From the NCBI GenBank assembly GCA_965223865.1, contig OZ245020.1:1088001-1152000 (forward strand): 64,000 nucleotides of DNA. The letters run 5' to 3'. This DNA is from Nitrosarchaeum sp. (GTDB lineage: Archaea; Thermoproteota; Nitrososphaeria; Nitrososphaerales; Nitrosopumilaceae). Under the pieces are notes generated by a model. It worked only from the letters and a program-made list of their open reading frames with translations, did not search any database and had not been told where the DNA came from. Shown piece by piece: positions 1 through 10,302 of this stretch; positions within the stretch are counted from its first letter, which is position 1; the number at the start of each line of letters is the position of its first letter. The position numbers and the translations under genes were made by a program.

Positions 1-2
1 CT

Positions 3-647
3 AGTCAAGATCATAAGAGAATTTTTGATGATGATAAAGGACCAAATACAGGTGGCATGGGGGCTTATTCTCCTACACCAATAGTAGATGAAGGACTAGG
101 GAAAAAAATCCAAGAAAAAATCATAAACAAAACAATTGAATCTATGAAAAAAGAGGGTATTTCATTCAAGGGATTCCTGTATGCCGGAATTATGATTCGA
201 GATAATCGCCCATATGTATTAGAGTATAATGTTAGAATGGGTGATCCTGAATGTCAACCAATTACAATGAGGATGAATTTTGATTTGTATGATTACTTTG
301 CAGCTAGTGTAGATGGAACATTATCATCAATGCCTACCCCATTATGGAAAGACCAGTCTGCAGTTTGTATTGTTTTAGCTTCGGAAGGGTATCCTGAATC
401 TTATCCTAAAAATGAAGAGATTTATGGTCTTGATAATGTTGCAGAAGATGCCTTTGTCTTTCATGCTGGAACAAAAATGGAACATGGGAAAATTTTTTCT
501 AACGGCGGTAGGGTTTTGGGCGTAACTGCTTTAGGTAATTCTTTAGAATCTGCAATCTCAAATGCATATGTTTTTGCGGAAAAAATTTCTTGGCCCCATA
601 AATATTGCAGAAAAGATATCGGTAAAAAAGGACTAGATTACCTTTGA
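3..647 (+). CDS. purD: Phosphoribosylamine--glycine ligase, C-terminal part (gene starts upstream of the window)
   Basis: Frame open from position 3: SQDHKRIFDDDKGPNTGGMGAYSP, LEYNVRMGDPECQ and VFHAGT..NGGRVL are GARS motifs. Confidence 0.97.
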   Translation, partial: SQDHKRIFDDDKGPNTGGMGAYSPTPIVDEGLGKKIQEKIINKTIESMKKEGISFKGFLYAGIMIRDNRPYVLEYNVRMGDPECQPITMRMNFDLYDYFAASVDGTLSSMPTPLWKDQSAVCIVLASEGYPESYPKNEEIYGLDNVAEDAFVFHAGTKMEHGKIFSNGGRVLGVTALGNSLESAISNAYVFAEKISWPHKYCRKDIGKKGLDYL

Positions 648-1202
648 AGTTTCTAAAATTCTGTCCTCAGTAACAATCCAATCTATTAGCACATCATGAT
701 CATCTTTTGGTATGTTTTTTACAATTTGTTTTTCAAGTGTTAAAGAAATTGTTACTGTTTTATTTTTTGAAAGAAATCTGTCATAATACCCATAACCATA
801 TCCCAATCTGACTCCTTTAGGTGAGATGCCAATGGTGGGAACTAGTATGACATCTAAGTTATTCTCGACAGAGCATCCTTGCCGTGGCTCCATAATGTCA
901 AAACTTCCTACTTCTAGGCTTGAAAAATCAGTAATTTTTCTAAATTCCATTTCTTTTCCGATAACTTTGGGAAGGTAGACTTCCTTTCCATTGCTGAGTG
1001 CTTCTTGAATAATATTCTGTGTTAATGATTCACTTCCAATGGGATAATATGCTCCTATTTTTTGTGCCTTTCTAAAGGATTCAATTTTTTTTATTTTTTT
1101 TTGGATTTTATTACTTGCAATCTTCATTAAATCAAATGAAGTGTTGTCTCTTTTTTCTAAGAGCAGTTTTCGAAGTGATACTTTCTCAGAATTTTTTTCC
1201 AA
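633..1202 (-). CDS. 5-formyltetrahydrofolate cyclo-ligase
   Basis: DVILVP..G...GVRLGYGYGYYDRFL and HDVLIDWIVTE motifs; adjacent to folD. Confidence 0.93.
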   Translation of the reverse strand: MEKNSEKVSLRKLLLEKRDNTSFDLMKIASNKIQKKIKKIESFRKAQKIGAYYPIGSESLTQNIIQEALSNGKEVYLPKVIGKEMEFRKITDFSSLEVGSFDIMEPRQGCSVENNLDVILVPTIGISPKGVRLGYGYGYYDRFLSKNKTVTISLTLEKQIVKNIPKDDHDVLIDWIVTEDRILETSKVI

Positions 1203-2052
1203 TTTGACTCAGGGAAGCAGCAGTAATGGTATTTTTTAACAGCATTGCAACAGTCATTGGGCCCACTCCTCCCGGAACAGGAGTTGCAAAAGATGCTTTT
1301 TTAATAATCTTATCATAATCTGCATCACCTACAAGTTTTCCTTGAAACCTTGATATTGCAACATCAATTACTACTGCGCCTTCTTTAATCATTTCAGGTG
1401 TTAGAATGAATCTGTTTCTGTCACCTACAGCAGTTATTATGATATCTGCTGTCTGACACCATTCTTTAAGGTTTTTTGTTTTTGAATGGCATGTTGTGAC
1501 AGTTGCATCTCTTTCTAAAAGAAGATGATACAGTGGTTTTCCAACTAGGTTACTTCGATTAATCAAAACAACATTTTTCCCTTGTACATCTATTTTGTGA
1601 TAATCAAACATTTCCATAATTCCTGATGGTGTACATGCAACAAGTGCTGCTTTTTTCATTGCCAACAATCCCACATTATGTGGGGTGAGACCATCTACAT
1701 CTTTTAGAGGTGAAATTCTAGAAGTGATGATGAATTCATCTAGATGTTCAGGCAATGGAAGCTGAACTAAGATTCCATGAACTGCATTATCTTTATTCAA
1801 ATTCTCAATAATTTCATTTAGTTGCATCTGTGTGATCTCTGAATCAAGTTTATGATCTTTGGTGGCAATGCCTACTTCTTCACAGGCTTTGTGCTTATTT
1901 TTAACATAGGTCGCAGATGCTGGATTCTCTCCGACCAGAATTGTTGCAAGGCATGGATTAATTCCTTGAGACTTTAATTCATCGACTGCTCTTTTGACTC
2001 TATCTTTAACTGATTGGGCAATTTCTTTTCCATCAATTTTTATGCCTGTCAT
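1186..2052 (-). CDS. folD: Methylenetetrahydrofolate dehydrogenase/cyclohydrolase
   Basis: IDGK, GILVQLPLP, KDVDG, ACTPSG and TPVPGGVGPMT motifs; ATG at 2052 (MTGIKIDGK) preferred over the ORF-track start at 2103. Confidence 0.95.
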   Translation of the reverse strand: MTGIKIDGKEIAQSVKDRVKRAVDELKSQGINPCLATILVGENPASATYVKNKHKACEEVGIATKDHKLDSEITQMQLNEIIENLNKDNAVHGILVQLPLPEHLDEFIITSRISPLKDVDGLTPHNVGLLAMKKAALVACTPSGIMEMFDYHKIDVQGKNVVLINRSNLVGKPLYHLLLERDATVTTCHSKTKNLKEWCQTADIIITAVGDRNRFILTPEMIKEGAVVIDVAISRFQGKLVGDADYDKIIKKASFATPVPGGVGPMTVAMLLKNTITAASLSQIGKKF

Positions 2053-2142
2053 GAAGAATATTCTTGGTTTGTAGATATTTAATCCTTGGAATGCATATGA
2101 CAAAATTTGAGAATCGGGGAAAAGAAATTAAGTGGCAAATAA

Positions 2143-2439
2143 TTGATGGTTCTCATGTTCGTAGTTGTATCGGATATCAAAGTAAGACCAGAGTCTTTAG
2201 AAGACTTTAAAAAATGGTTTTCAGAGGCAAATCAAGTAGTTTCAAAGTTTGATGGCTTTGTATCAAGACGTCTTTTGGAGACAAAAGATGGCCAACACAG
2301 AGTTTTAGTTGAATTTGAGAGTCTTGAAAAGTTTGGAAAAATGCATCAAAGCCCAGAACATGAGCAACTTCATGCAAAAGCTTCATCGTTTATGGCAGAA
2401 CCTCCCTCTCCAAAATTCTACAATGTAATCGCACAATAA
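2143..2439 (+). CDS. Antibiotic biosynthesis monooxygenase (ABM)-family protein
   Basis: About 95-aa dimeric alpha/beta-barrel pattern: GFVSRRLL, EFESLE.F, SPEH. Confidence 0.8.
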   Translation: MMVLMFVVVSDIKVRPESLEDFKKWFSEANQVVSKFDGFVSRRLLETKDGQHRVLVEFESLEKFGKMHQSPEHEQLHAKASSFMAEPPSPKFYNVIAQ

Positions 2440-2440
2440 A

Positions 2441-2761
2441 ATGAAAATTGATTATGATGTCGATAATTACATTGAAAAAATAAAAAACAAAAATACCTAT
2501 TTTCATACTTTTATTAACAGGGACACTCTTGCAGCAGGTGTCCTAATTTTACAACCCGGAGAGAAAGACACACAAGAACCTCATGAAAGTGACGAGGTTT
2601 ATTTTGTCATAAAAGGAGATGGATTTTTAAAAATCAAAGATAAGGAATATCCAGTATCAAAAAACAAAATGTATTTTGTTGCAAAAAATATTGAGCATTA
2701 CTTTCATGATAATTCGAAAGAACTTGTCATTCTATATTTTTTTGGTGGACCTAATACTTAG
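2441..2761 (+). CDS. Cupin-domain protein
   Basis: QEPHESDEVYFVIKGDG and downstream H (cupin motifs 1 and 2). Confidence 0.85.
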   Translation: MKIDYDVDNYIEKIKNKNTYFHTFINRDTLAAGVLILQPGEKDTQEPHESDEVYFVIKGDGFLKIKDKEYPVSKNKMYFVAKNIEHYFHDNSKELVILYFFGGPNT

Positions 2762-3372
2762 CTGATAATGGTTTTTCTACCCAAAATCTTTATCTTTTTT
2801 TCTGCAAATAGTTTTACCACTTTTGGATATACTTTATGCTCTTTCACTAAAATTCTTTTTGCAAGAGTTTCTTCGGTATCGTTATCTTTTACTTTGACTA
2901 TTTCTTGTAGGATGATTGGCCCCGTATCTACTCCTGAATCTACAAAATGAACCGTACACCCAGAGTATTTTACTCCATAATTGACTGCTTGTTTTTGTGC
3001 ATCTAGTCCTTGAAAAGATGGAAGTAATGCTGGATGTATATTGATAATTTTGTTTTTGTATTCTTTTACAAATTCTGGACTAATAATCCTCATAAATCCT
3101 GCAAGACAAACAAGTCCATTTTTTGGTGTTACTTTGTATTCTCTTAGGGATTCGATAATCTTTTTGTCATAATCCCATCTATTTTTGAATCCTTTGCTCT
3201 CAATTACCTCTGTTTTGATTCCCATTTTTTTAGCAATTTGTAGCCCCTTTGCATCTCCTTTATTTGAAATTACTATGGCTGGATTTATCGCAATTTTCTC
3301 TTTTTTTATTGACTTTAGAATAGCTTCCATGTTGCTTCCACGACCTGAAATTAAAATTCCTAGATTTAGCAA
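2758..3372 (-). CDS. purN: Phosphoribosylglycinamide formyltransferase
   Basis: ISGRGSNM, LAGFMRI, NIHPALLP and GCTVHFVD.GVDTGPII motifs. Confidence 0.97.
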   Translation of the reverse strand: MLNLGILISGRGSNMEAILKSIKKEKIAINPAIVISNKGDAKGLQIAKKMGIKTEVIESKGFKNRWDYDKKIIESLREYKVTPKNGLVCLAGFMRIISPEFVKEYKNKIINIHPALLPSFQGLDAQKQAVNYGVKYSGCTVHFVDSGVDTGPIILQEIVKVKDNDTEETLAKRILVKEHKVYPKVVKLFAEKKIKILGRKTIIS

Positions 3373-3505
3373 CTAATACTCAACAGAAAAACCTACAATT
3401 AATGTGTGTGGTTTAATTTATCTGAAAAACTGAAATTTTCAACCTCAATTTTTTGATTCATGTCTCAAATTGAAACCATAAAAACAAATCCATTGTACCT
3501 CTAAT

Positions 3506-3769
3506 ATGAAAATCAGCGAAATAGAAATTGATGACAGCCAAACAGGTTATTACTGGATTCAAATATACGCAAAAAACAAAAAACAGGCAATATCATTACG
3601 ACATCAAATATTAGATGATCAGGCAGTTAGAGAAAGACTAGAAAAACAGATCAAACAAAGTCAGAACATTATTGCGTATTCCTCAAACAAAATGGAAATG
3701 ACAGTTCAAAATTTCCTCATAGATAAACTTCAGATGATTCTTGAAGGAAATCTCGAATCCACTAGATAA
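3506..3769 (+). CDS. Hypothetical protein
   Basis: 87-aa ORF with ATG start and host-like codon usage; no motif recognised. Confidence 0.6.
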   Translation: MKISEIEIDDSQTGYYWIQIYAKNKKQAISLRHQILDDQAVRERLEKQIKQSQNIIAYSSNKMEMTVQNFLIDKLQMILEGNLESTR

Positions 3770-3863
3770 TGTATGTGATTTAGTGCCTGAACTGAAAACT
3801 ACCTACATAGTAATACTCTCTCTAATTATCATCAATGAATTCTAGAGTAAATTGAAGAAATGG

Positions 3864-3992
3864 TTACTCCGAAATTACTCTTATCTTCCTGATAGAATGC
3901 TTTGAAATGTCCTTATGGATATTTGAAATTGATTCATCCTTGAATGTCAGATCGCATACATAGCACTTGAAACCATCACACTGCATTACCAT
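3864..3992 (-). CDS. Small C2H2-like zinc-finger protein (42 aa, below ORF-track cutoff)
   Basis: Translated by hand: MVMQCDGFKCYVCDLTFKDESISNIHKDISKHSIRKIRVISE; F-x-C-x2-C-x3-F-x8-H-x5-H pattern. Confidence 0.65.
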   Translation of the reverse strand: MVMQCDGFKCYVCDLTFKDESISNIHKDISKHSIRKIRVISE

Positions 3993-4144
3993 CTGCCTGG
4001 TTATTTTGTATTAAAGAAACACGTAGAAATTATCAGTATGCAATTTTCAATATGTGATTTATTTTTTGTTGAAAAATAGTTTGATCTGTAGTTCACATAA
4101 ACTAAACTTGCAATTTATATCAAATCTCCCATCCTTGTCTCTTA

Positions 4145-5125
4145 TTGACTCGACCTGTTAAGATGACAAAAAATGGCATTCTGTGTCAAATCAATGGAAA
4201 GAGAGTTTATCTTGATCCGAAAAATACTGACGCAACAGGAATTAATTTTGTATCTCATGCTCATTCAGATCATCTTCCATCAAAGAATGGAGGAACAATT
4301 CTTACCTCTATTGAAACAAATGAAATTGCATCACTTAGAGGATTCAAAATGGAAAACCATGTCCAAAATATCGATAGCTTTTCACTAATTGATAGCGGTC
4401 ATATTCTAGGTGCAAAGGGATTGCTCTTTGATGATATTTTTTACACAGGTGATATTTGTACAAGAAATCGAGGGTTTCTCAAAGGGGCAAATATTCCAAA
4501 ATGTAAAACACTAATTACAGAATGCACATTTGGATTACCCGAATTTGTTTTTCCAAAGACCGAAGAAATCCAAAAACAAGTAAATGAGTTAATATCTGAC
4601 CTTTATGGAAAAGGAATTCCTGTTATTTTGTTGGGTTATCAATTAGGAAAGGCACAAACTATTACCCAGCTGTTTGGGCATTGGGCGCCTCTTTATTTTC
4701 ATGATTCTGTAAGAAAAATGAATTTACTTCATCAACAATTAGGAGTCTCGCTCAATGATGGAATCGGGCATTCGGAAGCAGAGAACCGTGGCTTACTTGA
4801 AAAGAAACCATGGGTAATGATAGCCCCAATGATGTCAACTAAAAGCAGCTTTTTGCAAGAGATGAAATCAAAGTATGGTGCAGTTACTATTGGATTTAGT
4901 GGATGGGCGCAATCTACAAAATTTTCATTTGGGAGAAGATCTGACTATTCTATTCCACTAAGTGACCACTGTGACTTTGATGAGTTAGTTGAGATGGTTG
5001 TAAAATCTGAAGCCGAACAAGTTTATACAATTCATGGATTTGTTGAAGAATTTGCAGAGCATCTAAGAAATTTAGGAATTAATGCACAACCATTACGAGA
5101 AGAATCATTGGATGATTTTACTTAA
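4145..5125 (+). CDS. Metallo-beta-lactamase/beta-CASP-type exonuclease
   Basis: SHAHSDH, GHILGA, YTGD, TECTFG, LSDHCDFDEL and HGF motifs. Confidence 0.9.
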   Translation: MTRPVKMTKNGILCQINGKRVYLDPKNTDATGINFVSHAHSDHLPSKNGGTILTSIETNEIASLRGFKMENHVQNIDSFSLIDSGHILGAKGLLFDDIFYTGDICTRNRGFLKGANIPKCKTLITECTFGLPEFVFPKTEEIQKQVNELISDLYGKGIPVILLGYQLGKAQTITQLFGHWAPLYFHDSVRKMNLLHQQLGVSLNDGIGHSEAENRGLLEKKPWVMIAPMMSTKSSFLQEMKSKYGAVTIGFSGWAQSTKFSFGRRSDYSIPLSDHCDFDELVEMVVKSEAEQVYTIHGFVEEFAEHLRNLGINAQPLREESLDDFT

Positions 5126-5357
5126 CTTGAAAACTCATACAATTACATTTTGATACTAGACATGTCTCAGAATTTCTTATGTGATCATGTGAAAAATGAC
5201 CGCAATTGTCATTTTTGCAAATTCTCCTCTGGGCTTCTCTTTTAACTACTGCTTGAGCAATTACATTTGCTTTTTCTTTAGAGTATCCTTTCTTATCAAT
5301 ATAATAGTGAACTACTTTGTTGTATAGTAAATCTGAATCAAACTGTTTTTCTAACAA
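5118..5357 (-). CDS. Hypothetical protein with C-terminal Cys/His cluster
   Basis: C-x4-CGH-x3-H-x6-C-x4-C-x-C suggests metal binding. Confidence 0.7.
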   Translation of the reverse strand: MLEKQFDSDLLYNKVVHYYIDKKGYSKEKANVIAQAVVKREAQRRICKNDNCGHFSHDHIRNSETCLVSKCNCMSFQVK

Positions 5358-5603
5358 CTATCTTCCACCCTGAGATGGGATGTAGTGCAGTGTAATGGTT
5401 GAACGAATTTTTGGAATTTTTCTAATTTTGTTTGTAATTGCCTCATCTAAAATTTCTTTAGAATCTGACTCGACTTTGCAAAAAACATCATATATTCCAT
5501 AAGTTCCTCTTACCTCTTTTGCTTCTGGGATTTTCATGATTTCATTTATGATGTTTTCTTCTGCTCCAAGATCACATTGAATTAGAATATATGCAATTTC
5601 CAT
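5358..5603 (-). CDS. Lrp/AsnC ligand-binding (RAM) domain protein
   Basis: AYILI, GTYGIYDVFCKVE and IRKIPKIRSTIT; stand-alone RAM domain without an HTH. Confidence 0.9.
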   Translation of the reverse strand: MEIAYILIQCDLGAEENIINEIMKIPEAKEVRGTYGIYDVFCKVESDSKEILDEAITNKIRKIPKIRSTITLHYIPSQGGR

Positions 5604-5857
5604 GTTTATCCTCTGACACTTCCTCTTCTATATTTTGATCCCTGATGACAACCGCATCGGCAGAATTATCTTCACATTTGCTTTCTAATCTTCTAATCAT
5701 GAAAATAGTATATTATGATGATATTTCAAGCCCATCTGTTTTTTGGTTTGAATTTGTTTAATTTTGAGGCTAAATTTTAAATAATTTTCTGAAATTCTCC
5801 AATGACCTTTACATGATTTTGGCCATTACTTAAGTAATGGAAATTTTTAGGGATGCT

Positions 5858-5962
5858 ATGTGCGAAACGCTAGATGAAATACATGAAGCACAACTGGCAG
5901 CAGTAATTGCAAGAATGCGAAAACAAAGGGCAAAAACTGAAAATCTGATTATAACAAAATAG
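5858..5962 (+). CDS. Putative 34-aa small protein
   Basis: MCETLDEIHEAQLAAVIARMRKQRAKTENLIITK; TATA-like TTAAGTA about 25 nt upstream; amphipathic helical character. Confidence 0.4.
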   Translation: MCETLDEIHEAQLAAVIARMRKQRAKTENLIITK

Positions 5963-5999
5963 TTTTTGAACAACTTTTTAGAAAACTTGAGAGCAAAAC

Positions 6000-6851
6000 T
6001 TGTGTATGTTACCTAATACTTCATATATGCAGTATTGCCAAGTCTATAAAGTGCTAAAAACTCCATTGTTTGTCTTACTTGCAATTTCTTTCGTGCCATT
6101 ATTTGCATTTGCCGAGTCTTCTATTGAATTAACATCCGATCAAAATGAGATTCATTCTTTAGATAGCATTTTAGTTTATGGTAAAGTTACAGGGGTTGTT
6201 CCATATTCAACAGTAAGCCTTAGTGTTACTGCACCTGATGGTGAAATCGTATATTCTCCAAATCTCTCATTTGATGATGATGGAAACTTTAAGCGGTTAA
6301 TTCATCCTACCCTTCCAAGCTTCAAACCTGGTACATACACTGTAACTGCAAGTCATGAAGATATTTCATATGTTGCACAAATTCAATTTACTGTTTCGGG
6401 TAAGGATTTGCCACAGCCAATAATCCCTGATACTCCTTCTGAAGCAATTGAAGACAAAACTGATTCAGACCTGTACATTGTTGCTGATGCAATGGTTGGT
6501 GATAGCTTCATCAATGTACGAGGTAAAACCGTCTGGATCGACAGAGATGTATTGTTGACAGTATCATCGCCAAATGGAAATTTAATTACAATAGCCCAAG
6601 TTACTCCTACAACAAACGGTGATTTTTCAGCTCAAATTAACATTGGGGGTTCAATGTGGAAAGAAGATGGACTTTACACTGTAACTGCTCATCAGGGAGA
6701 TGCCTCTGAACTTGAAGATTCAGTTATAGTTGACATAGCAGACGGTGTGGTGGTGCCTGAATTCGGAACAATTGCCATGATGGTTTTGGCAGTATCCATT
6801 GTTTCCATAATTGCATTTTCTGCAAAAACAAGACTAACTCCAAGATTCTAA
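6000..6851 (+). CDS. PEFG-CTERM sorting-domain surface protein (likely start GTG 6051)
   Basis: Signal peptide, two Ig-like repeats (PDG/PNG ... G.YTVTA), C-terminal VVPEFG + TM helix + basic tail. Confidence 0.92.
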   Translation: MCMLPNTSYMQYCQVYKVLKTPLFVLLAISFVPLFAFAESSIELTSDQNEIHSLDSILVYGKVTGVVPYSTVSLSVTAPDGEIVYSPNLSFDDDGNFKRLIHPTLPSFKPGTYTVTASHEDISYVAQIQFTVSGKDLPQPIIPDTPSEAIEDKTDSDLYIVADAMVGDSFINVRGKTVWIDRDVLLTVSSPNGNLITIAQVTPTTNGDFSAQINIGGSMWKEDGLYTVTAHQGDASELEDSVIVDIADGVVVPEFGTIAMMVLAVSIVSIIAFSAKTRLTPRF

Positions 6852-6854
6852 ACT

Positions 6855-8132
6855 TTATTTTAGAATCACGCCAATATCCATTAAATTTGAATGTGTGAAG
6901 TCTGTCTTGATGTTGCTTTTCTTTTTTTGAAAAAATCTACCTGAATCACTATTTTTTAAAAATTCTTTAATCATTGATGTATCAATTTTGAAGTTTTCTG
7001 TAATCGCTCCGGCAAAAAATGTGTTGCCGTCAATACCATCTGTTCCCATTGATGCAATGACTAGTTTTTTTTGGTTTTGAGTGTTTTTCAAAATTCTTAA
7101 AACCATTTCATGATTTCTTCCTCCAGAACCTTTTCCTAAAACCTCAACCGTTGTCTCACCACCAAAAATCAAACAGCTTTTTTGCTTATCTGGAATGTTT
7201 TGAATTACTTTTCTAACTGCATCTTTAATGTTTCCAAACACTTGAATTGTTTTTGATTCGTAACCCAACTCTTTTGCTTTTTTCTCCATTGATTTTAGAC
7301 AATTGTTATTGTTTGCAATTATGTAGTTTGAAATATTTGCTTTTTTTGGAGTCTCTGAAATTTCTCCTTTGACTCCGTGATCTATATGGGTTAAAACTTC
7401 CGGTGAGACTTTATTTTCTAGATTATATTTTTGAAAAATTTTTTCAGCATCTGCAAAAGTTGTATCATCCATGTAGGTAGTACCCGAAGCAATGGCAGAC
7501 AAGTCATCTCCTTCAACATCGGACATTATAAGCCCGATTCCATAGCATTTGAGGTTCTCTACTAATTTCCCTCCTTTTATTTTTGAGAGGTGTTTTCTGA
7601 TACAGTTGAATTCTTGTATGGTTGCCCCTGATTTTAAAAGTACATCTGTAACATGAATTTTATCATCAAGTGTGATGTTATCTGGAATTGCCAAAAGCGC
7701 AGACCCTCCTCCAGACACTAGGAAAATAACAAGCTCATCTGGTCTTCTATTTTGAATAAATTTCAAAACCTCTTTTGCAGCCTTTACGCTAGTTTGATTT
7801 GGTTTTGGGTGACCTGAATTGAAAATCTTGAATTTTTTACCTTTAATTTTTGACTTTGAGCCCTTAGGAATTACGATAATTCCAGATTTTATTGGAATGA
7901 TATTGTTGATTGCCCTAGTCATTGTGTCTCCGGCTTTGCCAAATGCTATCGTATAGATGTTTGAGAATTCATTTAATTTTATTTTTTTTTCATCAATTTT
8001 GATTTGTTTTGATGTGACAAACTTTGGAATAATATTTTCAGGATCTGCAGCTTTTAGCCCAGCTTCTAAAATTTTCAAACACTGTTCTTTCTTTTTTGTT
8101 GTTGCAAGTTCGTCATGGTTTTGAATTATCAT
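6855..8132 (-). CDS. Glycerate 2-kinase (MOFRL/class II family)
   Basis: GKAG, GHP.P, LVSGGGSAL, SDVEGDD, GGETTV, GGRN.E and GTDGIDG motifs; ATG at 8132 preferred over the ORF-track start at 8231. Confidence 0.92.
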   Translation of the reverse strand: MIIQNHDELATTKKKEQCLKILEAGLKAADPENIIPKFVTSKQIKIDEKKIKLNEFSNIYTIAFGKAGDTMTRAINNIIPIKSGIIVIPKGSKSKIKGKKFKIFNSGHPKPNQTSVKAAKEVLKFIQNRRPDELVIFLVSGGGSALLAIPDNITLDDKIHVTDVLLKSGATIQEFNCIRKHLSKIKGGKLVENLKCYGIGLIMSDVEGDDLSAIASGTTYMDDTTFADAEKIFQKYNLENKVSPEVLTHIDHGVKGEISETPKKANISNYIIANNNNCLKSMEKKAKELGYESKTIQVFGNIKDAVRKVIQNIPDKQKSCLIFGGETTVEVLGKGSGGRNHEMVLRILKNTQNQKKLVIASMGTDGIDGNTFFAGAITENFKIDTSMIKEFLKNSDSGRFFQKKKSNIKTDFTHSNLMDIGVILK

Positions 8133-8301
8133 ATGCAGACCTACTGATGCAAGATATAATAGTATTAGATAAGAAAATTTGTAGTTACATCTGATCAAAA
8201 ATGCCAGATTTAACTGTAATGACAATTGCATTACTTGCTGCCAAAAAAATACTAGAACAAGAAACTAGCATTTTTTGAGTTTTTTCTGCTTGTCTACAAT
8301 C

Positions 8302-10167
8302 CTAACCGTGTACATTTACTTTGGAACCAACATGCATTTGGATATCTTCTACTTGGGACATTGCATGCATTTCCGTACCAATAGAGATAGCTGCATTAAA
8401 TTGTCCACTTTCTGCTGGAATCCAAGACAAACCCACATTGACTGTTTGATCTGGATTTAATGTGCCCGTAATCCATTTTACTGGTTGAACTAGGGCATTC
8501 TTGTCATTTGTTATTTCTACCATGTATACAAAATCATTTTTGTAATCATTGTCATTTGTAATGTCTGCTACAACCTGTACAAGTTGACCATGCTGTATCT
8601 CATCTAATTCTTGACCCGAGGAGTTGGCCACACCAATATTGTCTAAATGTATTTAATTTGTATTTTGTTTATTTGTAATTGATACCTTACCTGATGTTTC
8701 ATTTAGATAATCCCAATCTACATTGATACTTGGATTGTTCTCGTAACCTTTCACTGCCTTTAATAACATCTCTTTTAGATTTAGATCAATCCTGCTTATT
8801 GCATTTAATTTTTCATTGAGTATTTTCTCTTTACTCTTTTCATTAGCAGTCTTTATGTCTAGAATATTCTTACTTGCATCTTCATCTGTGATACTCTCAT
8901 TATTTTTGTACTCTTTGATTATTTCTTGTATTTTTTGTTGTGCCAACCTGTCCTCATTTTCTAGAATTCTTTCATATTGCTTTTCTAATGCTTTCTTTTG
9001 AATATCATATTCTTCATTGATTCTCTGAATCTCTTGATTTATTGCGTGAATTTCATCTAATACTTTTTTTTGTTGGTCTTTTCCCAAGATGTATTGCAGG
9101 AGATCATGTACTTCACCTGTACCATCATTCATCCATTTTTCTGCAGTAGATTCAGAGACACACCTATACTCTGATGCTGGAATATTATACAACACGGTAT
9201 AGTCTTCCTTACATTGAGTGCCAGGATTAGTGACAACATTTTGCACCATTGAATTCTCATCTATCGATAATTCCTTTTTATCCACAATTTCTCCCATTCC
9301 ATGTCGTTCCCATATTTGTGCAGTTGACTCTTGGATACACACATAATCATCTTGACTTATTCTGTGAATTACCGTATATCCTTTTCTGCATTCTGTATCG
9401 GGATTTGTTTTGGAATCATATTTGGCTGAATACTCATCATCAGGATTTGCCAACAAATACGTTGGATCTAATCTGTAGTCTGTATAGTATTGCGCAATGC
9501 TTGTTTCAGATGCAGGTGATGGATGAAATTGTCCTGTAGAATTGAATAACTGTTGTTGATCATAATATGCAAGCTTGTGTTTAACATTAAATTGTGCATT
9601 CATCTCAATTAATTCTATTTTTTTAGTTTCAGCTGCTTTGTAGTATGCCTGCTTTGCTTCCTTTAAGCTTCCACCATCAAGTAAAACTTGTTTTAGTGCC
9701 TCTCTTCCAGCTTGAACTTTTTTTTCTTTAAATTCAAACTGATCCCAAAAAACCCCTTGTACGTATTCTGGTTTTTTACTTACAAAACTCTCAAATGCAT
9801 TTCTTGAGGAATGCTTTTCCCATAATCTTTTCCATTCTTCTAGGTCTTGGTTTAAACGTTCAACTGACATGTCACGCATTTTTTCCAAGTTTTCTTTTGC
9901 TTGATTTTTTTCAAATTCTTTTTTTTCCCATTCTTTTATTATCTTGCGTGTTTGCTCTATTTTTTTCAGTAGGTCTTGTGCAACTGGGTCATTTAACAAA
10001 TCATCTGAAAAGATAATCTGCTCATTTACATCAGGTTGAGTTTGAGCATAACTGACTTGGATAAGAGAAATTGAAATTGCACATGCAATTATAGAATAAA
10101 ATAACCTTGTATTGTTTTTTAATTTCTTTTCTTTATTTTTCCATAATTGAATAGAATTAATATTCAC
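8302..10167 (-). pseudogene. Large secreted coiled-coil/Cys-repeat protein split by one in-frame TAA
   Basis: ORFs 8653-10167 and 8302-8631 share a frame, joined by ...NTN-TAA-IHLDNIG-V...; N-terminal signal peptide, two Cys repeats, Ig-like C-terminus. Confidence 0.65.
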
Positions 10168-10199
10168 TATTTTGACGATCTTGTTGTAAATAATAAAGG

Positions 10200-10211
10200 T
10201 TAGTATACTAA
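10200..10211. promoter_or_regulatory. Perfect 12-bp palindrome TTAGTATACTAA, candidate MarR operator
   Basis: Lies between the divergent MarR gene and the secreted-protein gene. Confidence 0.4.
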
Positions 10212-10302
10212 TGATTAGTTTTAAATAAATAGTATCTTAATTAATATAAGACTAATTAAACTGGGGTGTAGCATTATAGGGCAATATACAAGATGATATG
10301 AA

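Noticed and set aside
8632-8660. In-frame TAA as an intron or programmed readthrough
   Set aside because: AT-rich context with no BHB-like pairing; a point mutation or base-call error is simpler
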